DNA of 64,000 nt from a virus. Below, piece by piece: positions 20,078 through 29,499 of the stretch; the first letter of the stretch is position 1, and every line of letters starts with the position of its first letter. The stretch lies in IMG/VR virus record IMGVR_UViG_3300032770_000003, positions 64,001 to 128,000 of that record; one strand, 5' to 3'. The translations under genes and the position numbers were made by a program. The notes beneath the pieces were generated by a model. It ran no database searches. It was not told the origin of the DNA and worked only from the letters and a program-made list of their open reading frames with translations.

Positions 20078-21952
20078 TTACTTGTTGGCCATCACCGTGA
20101 ATGAAGCGTTGCCGAGTGCGAAGTACGGAACGCCGGTAAAGGCATCGATTCCTGAGCCGATCACCACGCCATTCACAGGCGGTGTCAGACCGGTATTGCC
20201 GATCTCGACGGTGAGCGCCTTGAGAAGGATTTCGACTGGGCTGCTGACCGTGACCTCGCCTGAGTTGGCCGTTACGCTGACGTCCGATCCGGAGAGCGTC
20301 GCTGAGCTTCCTGCAGTGGCGGAGAGCTTGCCTGACGGTGCCTGAATGGTGACGTCGCCCGTCTGGGCGATGATCTTCACGACCGCGCCGGCTATCAGGT
20401 CGATCTCGTCCTTGGTGAAGCGGCAGACGGTGTTGGTCGTGCTCCGCTGCTGCTGGACAGGCGGATTCTGATCCCACAGGAAGTCCGGTTCAGCAGGGTC
20501 CCCATAGACTGACGGGTTCCAGTTGAACTCCAGCTGGCGGGTATCCTTGACCGTGACACGGATGTCCCCACCGTCCTGGATAGCCTGACGCTGCCCCTGC
20601 TTGAGCGGCTGGTTCGCTTCGCTGGTGTCGACGAGGACGGTGCCCTTGGAGGTGATCGCAAGCCGAGTTCCCTGGAAGCGCTTGACCGATCGGCGTCCTT
20701 GCTGAAGGGTGCCAGCTACTCCCGCGGTGGCCGGATCCGCTGAGTTCGCAGGGTGGGGCCACCACGCCAGCATGAAGGGTTGGTTGATCCGTCCGCCGAT
20801 GAATGACACAACGCAGTTGTGTGAAAGAAACCCATTAGCTATAAAGGTGTGTGTAGACGTCTGTAGTGCGACTACTTTCTGAATGCCAACGTCTTGAATG
20901 CTAAGAATGGGTACTCGTTCACTCTTCTTGCCGTGAACAACTGCGCCATTCCATAATTCACGTCCACGCAACAATAAACGTTTTGGTCTAATAGACCCAA
21001 GAAGTCTGAGACTCGGGCGTCCAGGCCCAGTCAGTTTGTATCGGAGACATTTTGAGTTAGGCACACGACGACTGACCTGACCACTTCCCCACACGAAGTT
21101 ACGCTCACGCAGCAGCTCAAGTACATGCTCTAGGACTACTCCGGGATTCTGCCCAAATCCCACACCACTACGGAATGGCAAACCACCAACCCAACCTTCA
21201 CCATCAAAAAAGCCAGCCAGATATCCAGCATCGTATGTCGTATCTACTTCCCAAGGCTCGATAGCATAAGATAAGTAATCACCAACCTGCAGTGTCTCAG
21301 CAGTCAACCATTGACGTACGCCAGCCTGGTATTCGATATTGCCGTAAGGACGTCTAGCAACCCACATGTGATCTCGACTACAAATGAGATCACCTTTTTC
21401 GGTTTTAATTCGTAGACACGGCTTTTCAATAATCTTCGTAGCCTGTACGATCGATGATCTGAAAGCTGTTTTTTGTGAGAGGCTTTCATCAAAACCAATC
21501 AATTCCTCACCCACCTTGAGCTGCTCGGCTGACCTCCAAACAAGATCAGCCCCTAATATTTTAGTGCCAAGTGCCACACAGAAGTCTCCGTCGAGCTTTG
21601 TCTTGGAGACGTCTTGCATGCTGTTGGTGATCTGGGCTTCGTCGATCGCTCCGCTGACTCCCTTGGGCAGCTCTTCGCTGTAGTTGTCGTAACCGGTGCT
21701 GCCCCGCGGGAGCACGACCACGTTGCCCAAGATCCACGGGCTGTCACTGCCATCGTTCAAGACCAGCACGCGGGCTTCGATCTGTGAGCCACGCCCATCA
21801 TGGGCAGCGTTCTGAGAGCGATTCGTCGTCTCGTCAGACGCATAGACGGCCAGGACGATCCCGAGCACGGGATAGTGAATGTGCTGGTGGCCGTAGTCTT
21901 CACGCTGGAAGCGGAGAGCCCCTTGCGTGACTGTTCCTGATCGACTGGGCAT
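20078..21952 (-). CDS. Baseplate central spike (gp5/gpV-like) containing an intein
   Basis: Follows the hub gene; GD.|CVV.FIGG...QP OB-fold motif split by the intein; C-terminal beta-repeat region. Confidence 0.75.
   Translation of the reverse strand: MPSRSGTVTQGALRFQREDYGHQHIHYPVLGIVLAVYASDETTNRSQNAAHDGRGSQIEARVLVLNDGSDSPWILGNVVVLPRGSTGYDNYSEELPKGVSGAIDEAQITNSMQDVSKTKLDGDFCVALGTKILGADLVWRSAEQLKVGEELIGFDESLSQKTAFRSSIVQATKIIEKPCLRIKTEKGDLICSRDHMWVARRPYGNIEYQAGVRQWLTAETLQVGDYLSYAIEPWEVDTTYDAGYLAGFFDGEGWVGGLPFRSGVGFGQNPGVVLEHVLELLRERNFVWGSGQVSRRVPNSKCLRYKLTGPGRPSLRLLGSIRPKRLLLRGRELWNGAVVHGKKSERVPILSIQDVGIQKVVALQTSTHTFIANGFLSHNCVVSFIGGRINQPFMLAWWPHPANSADPATAGVAGTLQQGRRSVKRFQGTRLAITSKGTVLVDTSEANQPLKQGQRQAIQDGGDIRVTVKDTRQLEFNWNPSVYGDPAEPDFLWDQNPPVQQQRSTTNTVCRFTKDEIDLIAGAVVKIIAQTGDVTIQAPSGKLSATAGSSATLSGSDVSVTANSGEVTVSSPVEILLKALTVEIGNTGLTPPVNGVVIGSGIDAFTGVPYFALGNASFTVMANK
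20816..21580 (-). mobile_element. Intein (255 aa) with LAGLIDADG motif in the spike protein
   Basis: Starts CVALGT, block B CSRDH, YLAGFFDGEG, ends LSHN followed by Cys; visibly more AT-rich than the flanks. Confidence 0.9.
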
Positions 21953-24132
21953 CAGGTATTCTCCTGATCCACAAAAGCTGGAACGTAGTTGCCTCTTCGG
22001 CGAAGGTAGAAGGGCTGGTCCACACTGTTGTAGCCCAGCTGAATGATGTCATCCTGGTGACGGTCAATGGCTCCGACGGTTGCCCTGGTATCTTTCACGA
22101 CAAAATACTGGGCGAGGCGACCATCCCGGGTTCGGTTTCCAGCCGCCACACTGAGGGTGTTGTCTTGGTTGTTCAAGAAGGTAGGCGGAATGTAGGCTGG
22201 GAACGGATCGTTGCGCTGCCCGCGCGACACTTCGATCGTCGTAATCAGTGGACCCGGATAGGTCCACTGATGGTGAACAGACTCGACGTAGTAGCTCTCA
22301 TTCCGCTCGTACCAGTCGAGGCGGTAGCCCACGCGAATCTCAGGCATACCCCGCACAGTGATCGTTCCGGTCAGATACTCCGGGTTGTGGACGAACCAGT
22401 GGTCCATGAGCATGGTCCACCGGATGAGGTTCTTGCGCGGGAAGTGATTCCCCTTCTGGCCGCCTTGCGGGAAATCACCGTAGTTGGCGAACTCGGTCGA
22501 CTGTTCCTTGAGCCGGAATCCGTGCCGGCTGATGCTGATCTGGTTGACGATCGGGTTGAAGTTCGACAGCAGATCGCGATAGGCATCCGCTGGTATTGGC
22601 GAGCTAGCGTAGAGGTGAAAGGCGTTGATGATGTCATCGTCACTGCGCCCCAGCGCAGACGCCTGCACGTCAGTGTTGTGGATGACTACACAGTCGATGT
22701 GTTTGACCGGAGTGGCATTCGCGTTGTACTGGGATGGTTGGGGTGCGATGGACTCGGGATAGGTGTAGATGTGTCGGCCGGGAACGTTGGGTGAGACTGC
22801 GAAGACAGGACCAAACATGATGACCCCTGCGTTCACAGGAGGACTGTCAGCGTTCGGTGTCGAACCACTGGCGGTGACCACCAGGCTGCTCAGGTCCAGT
22901 GACTCAATCACTGAGTAGGGGTACTCACGGAAGACCACTGCGGGGACGTACTGGACAGCTGCAACTGTCGCCGGAAAGTCAGTCGTCCCATAGACGTTCA
23001 TGCCGATCTCATCAGGCGCCGTCGAGTAGGGACCGTGGTTGAGCCCATCCTTCTGTCCAACCGGTCGGAGATCGAAGATCAGCTCGTTGACCAGCTCGTT
23101 CGAGTGGCCGTACAGGAACTGAGACAGCGTCTGGTTGTTGGCCTGTGGGGTCGCCTCATTGAAGTTGAACCCATCGATGGCCAATGCCTCGATGAAGTCG
23201 AGGCTGAGGAGGTCGTGGATTCCGATCGGCAGCGACGGGTCGCTGACTGACTGGACCAGAGTCTGGAAAGCCAAGAGATCAGCGTTTCCTCTCAGACTGA
23301 GAGCAGCACTGCGCTTGTCGTCGATCGCTAGGAGATCTCCGGACTCTCCCGTCGCCGAGACCTGTTGATTGATCTGGTCGATGAGGTCGTTGATGGTCTT
23401 GTCGAGATCGGTGGGATTGAAGCCGAGCTGGGCAATCTGCTGAACGACCGTCGTAGGCAGGCGTGCCTTGGCCCGCTGAACAGCCCGCACACGCACGTTC
23501 TGGATGTTCGACTGGGTACGGGTATAGGTCTCGGGTAGCACCCACTGCTGTTGGAAGCCCAGCAGGATGCGCAGGAAGTTCTCGACGAAGTCAGCCGGCG
23601 TTCCCGCCATAGTGAGCCCAGCTTGCCGAAGTGCTGTGCCGCTGAAGTTGCCTTGGTTGGGGCGGCCAGGACCAGAGGTCGTGCGCAGGAACCGCTCGTC
23701 GAGCTGGGTGCGCATGTACTCGTTGAAGTAGATGAACGTCTTGTCGATGGCCTTCTGGAAGTCGGAGCCGATCACGACGTAGCGGGTCTGCATGGCTCCG
23801 TTGTCGTCGACGCTCTCTTGGCGCTCGACGCGATCCACGTAGCCCATGAGCACGCGCACGAACCCGCGCTGCCCATCTCCTGGATCGACGTAGATGTTCA
23901 CAACGTCGTCAGGGAAGATCAGGTTCAGGTAGTTGCGACGCGGGACGAGCTGAATCTGAAACTTGCCCAGCGCCTTGGTGTTCTTCGACGTCGAGAGCGA
24001 GATGGTATCAGCGGACAGATCGATAGTCTGAGAATCCAACACACTCGTTCCGCGCGTATGGGAATCGACACGCACCAACACCCGGGTGTGCATCCGGGTG
24101 GTCTTGGCATCCTGCTGAGTCGTGATCGGCAT
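21952..24132 (-). CDS. Baseplate hub protein (gp27-like)
   Basis: Between tape measure and spike; GYVDRV...G.DF.K N-terminus and GTITVRG.PEIRVGYRL...YYVESV.H C-terminus. Confidence 0.75.
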   Translation of the reverse strand: MPITTQQDAKTTRMHTRVLVRVDSHTRGTSVLDSQTIDLSADTISLSTSKNTKALGKFQIQLVPRRNYLNLIFPDDVVNIYVDPGDGQRGFVRVLMGYVDRVERQESVDDNGAMQTRYVVIGSDFQKAIDKTFIYFNEYMRTQLDERFLRTTSGPGRPNQGNFSGTALRQAGLTMAGTPADFVENFLRILLGFQQQWVLPETYTRTQSNIQNVRVRAVQRAKARLPTTVVQQIAQLGFNPTDLDKTINDLIDQINQQVSATGESGDLLAIDDKRSAALSLRGNADLLAFQTLVQSVSDPSLPIGIHDLLSLDFIEALAIDGFNFNEATPQANNQTLSQFLYGHSNELVNELIFDLRPVGQKDGLNHGPYSTAPDEIGMNVYGTTDFPATVAAVQYVPAVVFREYPYSVIESLDLSSLVVTASGSTPNADSPPVNAGVIMFGPVFAVSPNVPGRHIYTYPESIAPQPSQYNANATPVKHIDCVVIHNTDVQASALGRSDDDIINAFHLYASSPIPADAYRDLLSNFNPIVNQISISRHGFRLKEQSTEFANYGDFPQGGQKGNHFPRKNLIRWTMLMDHWFVHNPEYLTGTITVRGMPEIRVGYRLDWYERNESYYVESVHHQWTYPGPLITTIEVSRGQRNDPFPAYIPPTFLNNQDNTLSVAAGNRTRDGRLAQYFVVKDTRATVGAIDRHQDDIIQLGYNSVDQPFYLRRRGNYVPAFVDQENT

Positions 24133-26264
24133 CAGTGATCCGTTGAATCAGCACGCCCTGCCGATCCAGGCGCGGTGGGTGTTCCTGGTCGCGGCGAGGT
24201 TCCAGGATCTGCGGGGACGTGGTGACCATGCTTCTGTTTCTGTTCGATGCGCCGCTGCCGCTCGTTCATCTCTTTCGTGTGACCGGCAGTCTCGACGGCT
24301 GCGCGTGAGGCAGCTTCTTCCAGCGAGGACGGCGGAGCTTTGGCTGCAGCCTTGGCCCGCGCAGCCATCATGTCCTTCAGCTCCTGGGGCAGCTGCTTGG
24401 TGTCCCGGATGGTGTCGACGTCCTTGTCCATCCCCCACTGAAAGAACTTCTCGCCGAAGTCATCGCCATACTGCTTGCCCATGCCGGCGGCCCGGGCCGA
24501 AAGGATATCGCGACGCCGCTCTTGTTCCGGCGTGAGCGCGACGCCCATCTCATAGGGGAGCTGGGTGCCGAACTTGTTCTCGAATCGCTTTTTGAACTGC
24601 TCTTGGGCCTCTGCTTTGGCAGCAGCCGGCATATCGACGTCGAAGATCTTTTTCTTACCCAAACCCGGAATCGCCTGAACCAACAGGTTGATGCCGATCT
24701 TGAAGTCGTTCCACAGGTCCTTGAACGCGCCTGCCAGATACTCGATATCCTTCACCAGCAGAGGAATCTGCTTGAACATGAAGTTGACGAACTCGTCCTG
24801 CCAATCCTCGATCTTCTCCAGGAAGCCAGAGGCTTCGGCACCACGCTTCGCCGACTCGTCGAACTTCGATGCTATGCGACCCAGTTCTGTGCGCGACTCC
24901 TTCATGGCCTCGTAGCCCTGCTGTTCGAGTGGCGCAGTCTTCTTCATCTGTTCTTCGAGCTTCTGCTGGATCTCCTTATCGTCCTTGGTCTCTTCGTAGA
25001 TCTTCTGGAGAGCATCCATGTCCTCCATGGAGCCCGCGAGACCGAGTTGCTTGCCCATGTACGCGCGCTCATCTCTGTTGCCGCCTGCGTACTGGTTGAT
25101 GTAGCCCATCACGTCCTTGAAGGTCTGCACACCTTCGGGACCGCGGAGCCCGCGTTCCTGGCGCCTCTTGGCCTGAAGGAATCCAACACCGGTACCAGGC
25201 CGGCCGAACCCCAGCGCCTGCATGATGACGGCTTCGCCTTCGTCGCCACCTCCCGGATTGATGATTCCCTGCTCGAAGCGAGCCAGCTTTTCCATGCCCC
25301 GCTGACCCTTGAAGCCTTCGCCACCGATCTTCCCGAACAGGGCTGCCAGCTTGGCGTAGCCGGCTGCATCAACAACACCGGCGGCGGTCGATCCAGCGCG
25401 GCGGATCATGGAGGCGATTCCCTGTGCGAACTCAGGAAACCGCGCCTTCTCCAGACCCGAGAACATGGCGCCGGCTTGGATCTTCTCGAACTCCCGGACC
25501 CCGAGATTGAAGACCTCTTTCCGCTTGCCTCGCCCTGCAGTCTGGGGCGCGAACGAGGTGCCTCCCTGGCGGATGGCTGCGAAGATGTCCGCTACCTCGC
25601 CACCTTCCATGCCCGTGGCGCGGGTTCCAGCCATCAGCGCCCGTACCGCTGCTGGAGTGGCTTGGCCCGTAGCCCTGGCGGCTGCGGGGGCCATGCTCGC
25701 CGCTTCGGCGACGTTGTAGCCGTAGCGGGCGCCTCCAGCCGCACCTGCGTTGCGCATGGCGCCGCCACGAAACCCAACACCGATCATCCCGCCTAGGGAC
25801 TTCTGGACGCCCAGATACGTCTCGAAGCCCTTGAACGCAGCTCCCACCAACATACCGACGATGGAGCCGACTCCGAACCCGACGGCGCCGAGCGCGAATC
25901 GCCCTAGCTTCTGACCGAAGCCCTTCTTGGCTTCCTTCTTCTCGTGTTCCTCGTCGTCTCTGCGCTCCTTGTCTTTGGAGCGCGCCATCGTGCTGTGGTG
26001 GCGCTTCTCCAGGGCAGCGAGGCGGTGATGGTGCTTCAGCTGTCTTTCGTGGTGCTTCAGCTCTTTCTTGTTCGCGTCGTCCTTGAACTTCACCAGGTCG
26101 CGGGTGCGCTTCAGCTCTTCCTTGTGAGCGGCTGTCTCCTTCTTCCGAACCGAGTCACGACCCTTGTCGTGCTTCTTGTTCAGCTTGTCGACTTCGGCAA
26201 AGCTCCGCCTCAGCTCCTTGATGTCTGAGGTCCATTTGACGTTGAACTTTGCTTCAGCGGCCAT
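24132..26264 (-). CDS. Tape measure protein
   Basis: 710 aa, helical Ala/Gly/Lys-rich with a hydrophobic stretch; follows tube and chaperones. Confidence 0.8.
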   Translation of the reverse strand: MAAEAKFNVKWTSDIKELRRSFAEVDKLNKKHDKGRDSVRKKETAAHKEELKRTRDLVKFKDDANKKELKHHERQLKHHHRLAALEKRHHSTMARSKDKERRDDEEHEKKEAKKGFGQKLGRFALGAVGFGVGSIVGMLVGAAFKGFETYLGVQKSLGGMIGVGFRGGAMRNAGAAGGARYGYNVAEAASMAPAAARATGQATPAAVRALMAGTRATGMEGGEVADIFAAIRQGGTSFAPQTAGRGKRKEVFNLGVREFEKIQAGAMFSGLEKARFPEFAQGIASMIRRAGSTAAGVVDAAGYAKLAALFGKIGGEGFKGQRGMEKLARFEQGIINPGGGDEGEAVIMQALGFGRPGTGVGFLQAKRRQERGLRGPEGVQTFKDVMGYINQYAGGNRDERAYMGKQLGLAGSMEDMDALQKIYEETKDDKEIQQKLEEQMKKTAPLEQQGYEAMKESRTELGRIASKFDESAKRGAEASGFLEKIEDWQDEFVNFMFKQIPLLVKDIEYLAGAFKDLWNDFKIGINLLVQAIPGLGKKKIFDVDMPAAAKAEAQEQFKKRFENKFGTQLPYEMGVALTPEQERRRDILSARAAGMGKQYGDDFGEKFFQWGMDKDVDTIRDTKQLPQELKDMMAARAKAAAKAPPSSLEEAASRAAVETAGHTKEMNERQRRIEQKQKHGHHVPADPGTSPRPGTPTAPGSAGRADSTDH

Positions 26265-26266
26265 GA

Positions 26267-26737
26267 CTACTCACGCCCCAAGATGTCGACCCAATCAGTG
26301 CTAGGAATCCCGCTGCCTAGTAGCTTCTTCCGCAGCAGCTCCTGCTCTTCGCGGCTCCCGTGAGCTGCGTACTTGCTCGCGAGACGAGGATCCGAAGGTG
26401 GCACTGGTGCTTTCGACTGCTGCGGCACTGGTGATTTCTTTCGCTTCTCGCGCTCCTTCTGCAACCGCTCCTTGGCACTCTGGGAGAGCCCCTCTTCCAG
26501 ATCGGGCGTCAAGCCTTGCTCCAGCTCGCGCTCCCACTTGTCCAGCAACTCATCACCCGTTTCCTCGAAGTAGAACTGCCCATCCGCTTTGTTAAAGACC
26601 CGACGCGCCTCATCGGGATGTTCGGAGTAGTAGTCCTCGTAGAACTCCACGAGGAGTTCAGGCATGGTCGCCTGCTGCGCGAGACTATGCGTCCAAGGCA
26701 GACGATACTTTTTGACCCACCACCGGCGTAGGAGCAC
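26267..26737 (-). CDS. Tail assembly chaperone, second (post-frameshift) segment
   Basis: Overlaps the chaperone ORF in the +1 frame; the frame stays open upstream to about 26845; precedes the TMP. Confidence 0.65.
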   Translation of the reverse strand: MLLRRWWVKKYRLPWTHSLAQQATMPELLVEFYEDYYSEHPDEARRVFNKADGQFYFEETGDELLDKWERELEQGLTPDLEEGLSQSAKERLQKEREKRKKSPVPQQSKAPVPPSDPRLASKYAAHGSREEQELLRKKLLGSGIPSTDWVDILGRE

Positions 26738-27176
26738 TTCCAGTGTTGGCTTGCGCAGGTTGAGCGACGCCTTCTTGCGGGCGTACTCCGTCAGATCCTT
26801 GATCGGCTGCTGGTCGTCGGCGACTTTTGTAGGAGTTCTCGAACTTCATCACCTCCGCGTACACCGCGCGTACGATCTCGATGTTGGTGATGTCTTCGAG
26901 CTTGAACCAGATCGGCTTCTGCATGAGGCAGATTTCGAGATGCGCAATCATCCCGTTCAGCCACTCAGTCTCCTCATCGATGCCTTGTCCAGTAGGGGCA
27001 CCGTTGTCGTCACGGACGCAGTACATCCCGCCGCAGAGCTGCGTCTTCTTCACCCCCACGGCGCCGATGTCTTTGATTGACATGCGCCGTGTGGTGAAGG
27101 TGCCTTGCAACCGTGTACCCGTGTCCTCGTCAACAATGTCGATCTGGAACGTGTGCACGTTGTTAGGCGTCGCCAT
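26685..27176 (-). CDS. Tail assembly chaperone
   Basis: Between tube and TMP; G.F..RR.S..D pattern; ATG at 27176. Confidence 0.75.
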   Translation of the reverse strand: MATPNNVHTFQIDIVDEDTGTRLQGTFTTRRMSIKDIGAVGVKKTQLCGGMYCVRDDNGAPTGQGIDEETEWLNGMIAHLEICLMQKPIWFKLEDITNIEIVRAVYAEVMKFENSYKSRRRPAADQGSDGVRPQEGVAQPAQANTGSAPTPVVGQKVSSALDA

Positions 27177-27229
27177 GGTTACCCCGCTGTCTTTATCCAC
27201 TGACTCTGTGGTCAAAAACCTTAATGAAA

Positions 27230-27661
27230 TCAGCCACCTGCAGGATGTTCAAACTCGTCCCGTAACCTGATCGTAACGAACGTCACGTTCTCTGAGACGA
27301 TGCCCCGGGCGGTGATATCGAAGGTGTGCTCCTGGCACTTGCACGACTCGAACTGAGCCATGGTCTCACCGGTGAGACGGTCCTCCACTGAGCACGTCAG
27401 ATCACCGCTGGTCAGGATGTTCTCTTCCGTGGGGAAGATCCCGAGTGCCTTGAGCGATGACCCGATCACGCGGAAAACCTGCGCGTTCAGGGTGCAGCGG
27501 TAGGCCACCGGCACGAACTCCCGAACTTCGAGCAGGTCGAGCACATCCACAGGTTCGTAGTCGATTGACTCAGAACCTGAGACGCCTCCAGCAAACCCAA
27601 CGACCGTGCCGTCAATTTTTAGACGCGACCTGGCACCGCTGAACACGAATGGAGCTGCCAT
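27230..27661 (-). CDS. Tail tube protein
   Basis: 143 aa from ATG 27661 with GAGGAG RBS; SGARSRLKIDG..VGFA motif; downstream of the sheath. Confidence 0.85.
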   Translation of the reverse strand: MAAPFVFSGARSRLKIDGTVVGFAGGVSGSESIDYEPVDVLDLLEVREFVPVAYRCTLNAQVFRVIGSSLKALGIFPTEENILTSGDLTCSVEDRLTGETMAQFESCKCQEHTFDITARGIVSENVTFVTIRLRDEFEHPAGG

Positions 27662-27662
27662 C

Positions 27663-28314
27663 TCAACTTGCTCCTCTTTGTTTGAAAGGGCGCCCACCAA
27701 GGGTAAGCGCCTCCATTACATTCCAACCACGATTGATGCGTGACTTGACTGTGTTGTAGTCAACATCGAATTTTTCAGCCGCATCGGATAAGCAGCAGCA
27801 TTCTGACTCCGTCGACTTCTACGTAGAGATTGCGCTGCTTGTTGCGGTTCTGCTCCCGCATGGTGGCCCAGCGGCAGTTCATCGGGGTGTAGTCACCGTT
27901 CACGTCGATGCGATCGATGGTGTGCTTGGGAGAAGGCTTCTTGCCCATGTCGGCGAAGAAGTTCTCGAAGCTGTCCTTCCATCGGTCGCAGACGCGGATC
28001 CCACGGGCGCCATAGTCCAAGTAGTGCTCATCTGTTGTGCAGTAGCACCGGGCCTTCATCAGACGCCAGGATTTGTACTCCGGACTCCTATGCATCCCGT
28101 GCTTGCGATTGGTGCCGTTAATTCGGTTAAAGTTCGCTACCTGCTTACCCTGACACTTAACACACTGTGTGGAATCACCGCTGCGGAGGCTTCCGATGAA
28201 GACCTCTTTCTCGGTACCGCAAGCACACCGACAGACCCAGTGCGAAGGCTTCACACCGAGTCTGAGCGCGGTCCATTTGCCGAAAGACTGCCCCGTGAGA
28301 TCGAGTCGCTGCAT
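27663..28314 (-). pseudogene. HNH-type homing endonuclease with a frameshift near the 3' end
   Basis: DLTG..FG, C.C.CG, YGARGI.VC.RW and IDRIDVNGDY...NCRWAT motifs; the C-terminal HTH continues in another frame to a stop at 27663. Confidence 0.75.
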
Positions 28315-28343
28315 GAGCGACACAGTATCCAAGAGCACCTCTC

Positions 28344-28363
28344 GGTTCAAGATATCTTGAACC
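28344..28363. repeat. Perfect 20-bp palindrome GGTTCAAGATATCTTGAACC
   Basis: Self-complementary; lies just upstream of the HNH gene. Confidence 0.85.
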
Positions 28364-28425
28364 AGAAACACACCACCTCCGTCAACATCAGTCGGAGCCC
28401 AACAATGGGGCTCAGGTATCCCTTC

Positions 28426-28494
28426 AAAAAACGACTCGTGACGGAGGGTCCCGAGTGCGGAGCTGCCAGCACCTATGGGTGCATGACAGTCCGA
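28426..28494 (-). ncRNA. Candidate small structured RNA (two hairpins and a U-tract)
   Basis: Downstream of TTGACT-17-TAGAGT; stem 1 CGGACTGTCA-GCACC/GGTGC-TGGCAG-TCCG; stem 2 ACTCG.GAC/GTC.CGAGT; then TTTTTT. Confidence 0.4.
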
Positions 28495-28523
28495 ACTCTA
28501 ACCGACTCCGTCACGAGAGTCAA
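28495..28523 (-). promoter_or_regulatory. Sigma70-like promoter
   Basis: -35 TTGACT (28523-28518), 17-nt spacer, -10 TAGAGT (28500-28495). Confidence 0.55.
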
Positions 28524-28544
28524 CATGCTGTCCTGAGAGGACGA

Positions 28545-29057
28545 TCAGGCGTTGATCGTGACCCCGTTGCTGCCGATCACCACCCATTTGGTCCCCGTCC
28601 ACTGCAGGGTAAGGGTGTCGCCCACGGCGTCAAAGGCTGACACCGACGAGAACCCCACCGGGTTCGCAGGAGTCACCGTTCCTGCAGGTGTACTTGCTGC
28701 CACGGTGCAGATGAGCGTCTTCACCTGGTTCGCGAAGGTTCCGTCCGCCAGGGTGTAGGCTTGGGTTCCGGTCACCGACAGGAAGGTCGTTCCCTTGCTG
28801 ACGGAAATGGCACCCGAGGTGACGGTCTCGTTGGCGCTCGTATAGGCAGCAGTTGTGAGAGCCGATGCGATGGAGGTCTCTTGACCCACCAGCGTATCGA
28901 CCGTTGACTTCTCAGCCACGAGCGCAGCCAGCGCAGCCTCAGATCCTGACACTGCTGCGATCGCGACGATCTGACTCGAATTGTCTACGAGAGTTTGGAA
29001 CTGAGTCAGGATCTCGGGTGCCAGTAGGCCACCCAACGGATCAAGAGAGCCGCTCAT
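28545..29057 (-). CDS. Virion (tail decoration-like) protein, tandem paralog 2
   Basis: ATG at 29057 (TAATG coupling); SVTGT.AYTLA.GT...Q.K..ICT..ASTP..TVTPA shared with 29057..29440. Confidence 0.75.
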   Translation of the reverse strand: MSGSLDPLGGLLAPEILTQFQTLVDNSSQIVAIAAVSGSEAALAALVAEKSTVDTLVGQETSIASALTTAAYTSANETVTSGAISVSKGTTFLSVTGTQAYTLADGTFANQVKTLICTVAASTPAGTVTPANPVGFSSVSAFDAVGDTLTLQWTGTKWVVIGSNGVTINA

Positions 29058-29440
29058 TAGGAGACCGTACAGCCGATCTGGCTCTGCACCGCCCAGGCCG
29101 CTCCGGTCCACACGAAGGTGACGATGTCACCTACGGCTCCGATCGCGGACACGCTCGTGTAGCCGAGTGCGCTTGCGGGCGTGACGGTGGCGTTGGGAGT
29201 GCTGGCTCCGGCGGTGCAGATCACGACCTTCGTCTGCCCCACGCTTGTGCCGTTGGCTAGCGTGTAGGCAGTGGTCCCGGTGACCGAGCACAGCGAGAAC
29301 TTCTTGGTGACCGACAGAGCACCAGCGGCGCTGATCGTCTCGGTGCTTTGTCCGTAGGTGTCCTTGTCGATCGTGTCCTGAAGAGCCGAAATGACCTCTG
29401 GGCTCAGTGCCCCACTGAGCGCGTCTGCGAGTCCTGACAT
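29057..29440 (-). CDS. Virion (tail decoration-like) protein, tandem paralog 1
   Basis: 127 aa, AGGAGG RBS, directly after the sheath. Confidence 0.75.
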   Translation of the reverse strand: MSGLADALSGALSPEVISALQDTIDKDTYGQSTETISAAGALSVTKKFSLCSVTGTTAYTLANGTSVGQTKVVICTAGASTPNATVTPASALGYTSVSAIGAVGDIVTFVWTGAAWAVQSQIGCTVS

Positions 29441-29499
29441 GATTCATCCTCCTTGTTGATCAAGCCGCAAGACGCGGCAGCTGCGAAAGCGTGTGATTG

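Noticed and set aside
24522-25796. 424-aa + strand ORF opposite the tape measure gene
   Set aside because: No recognisable motif; expected antisense shadow of a GC-rich coding strand, unlike 43085..43837, which has a coherent domain pattern.
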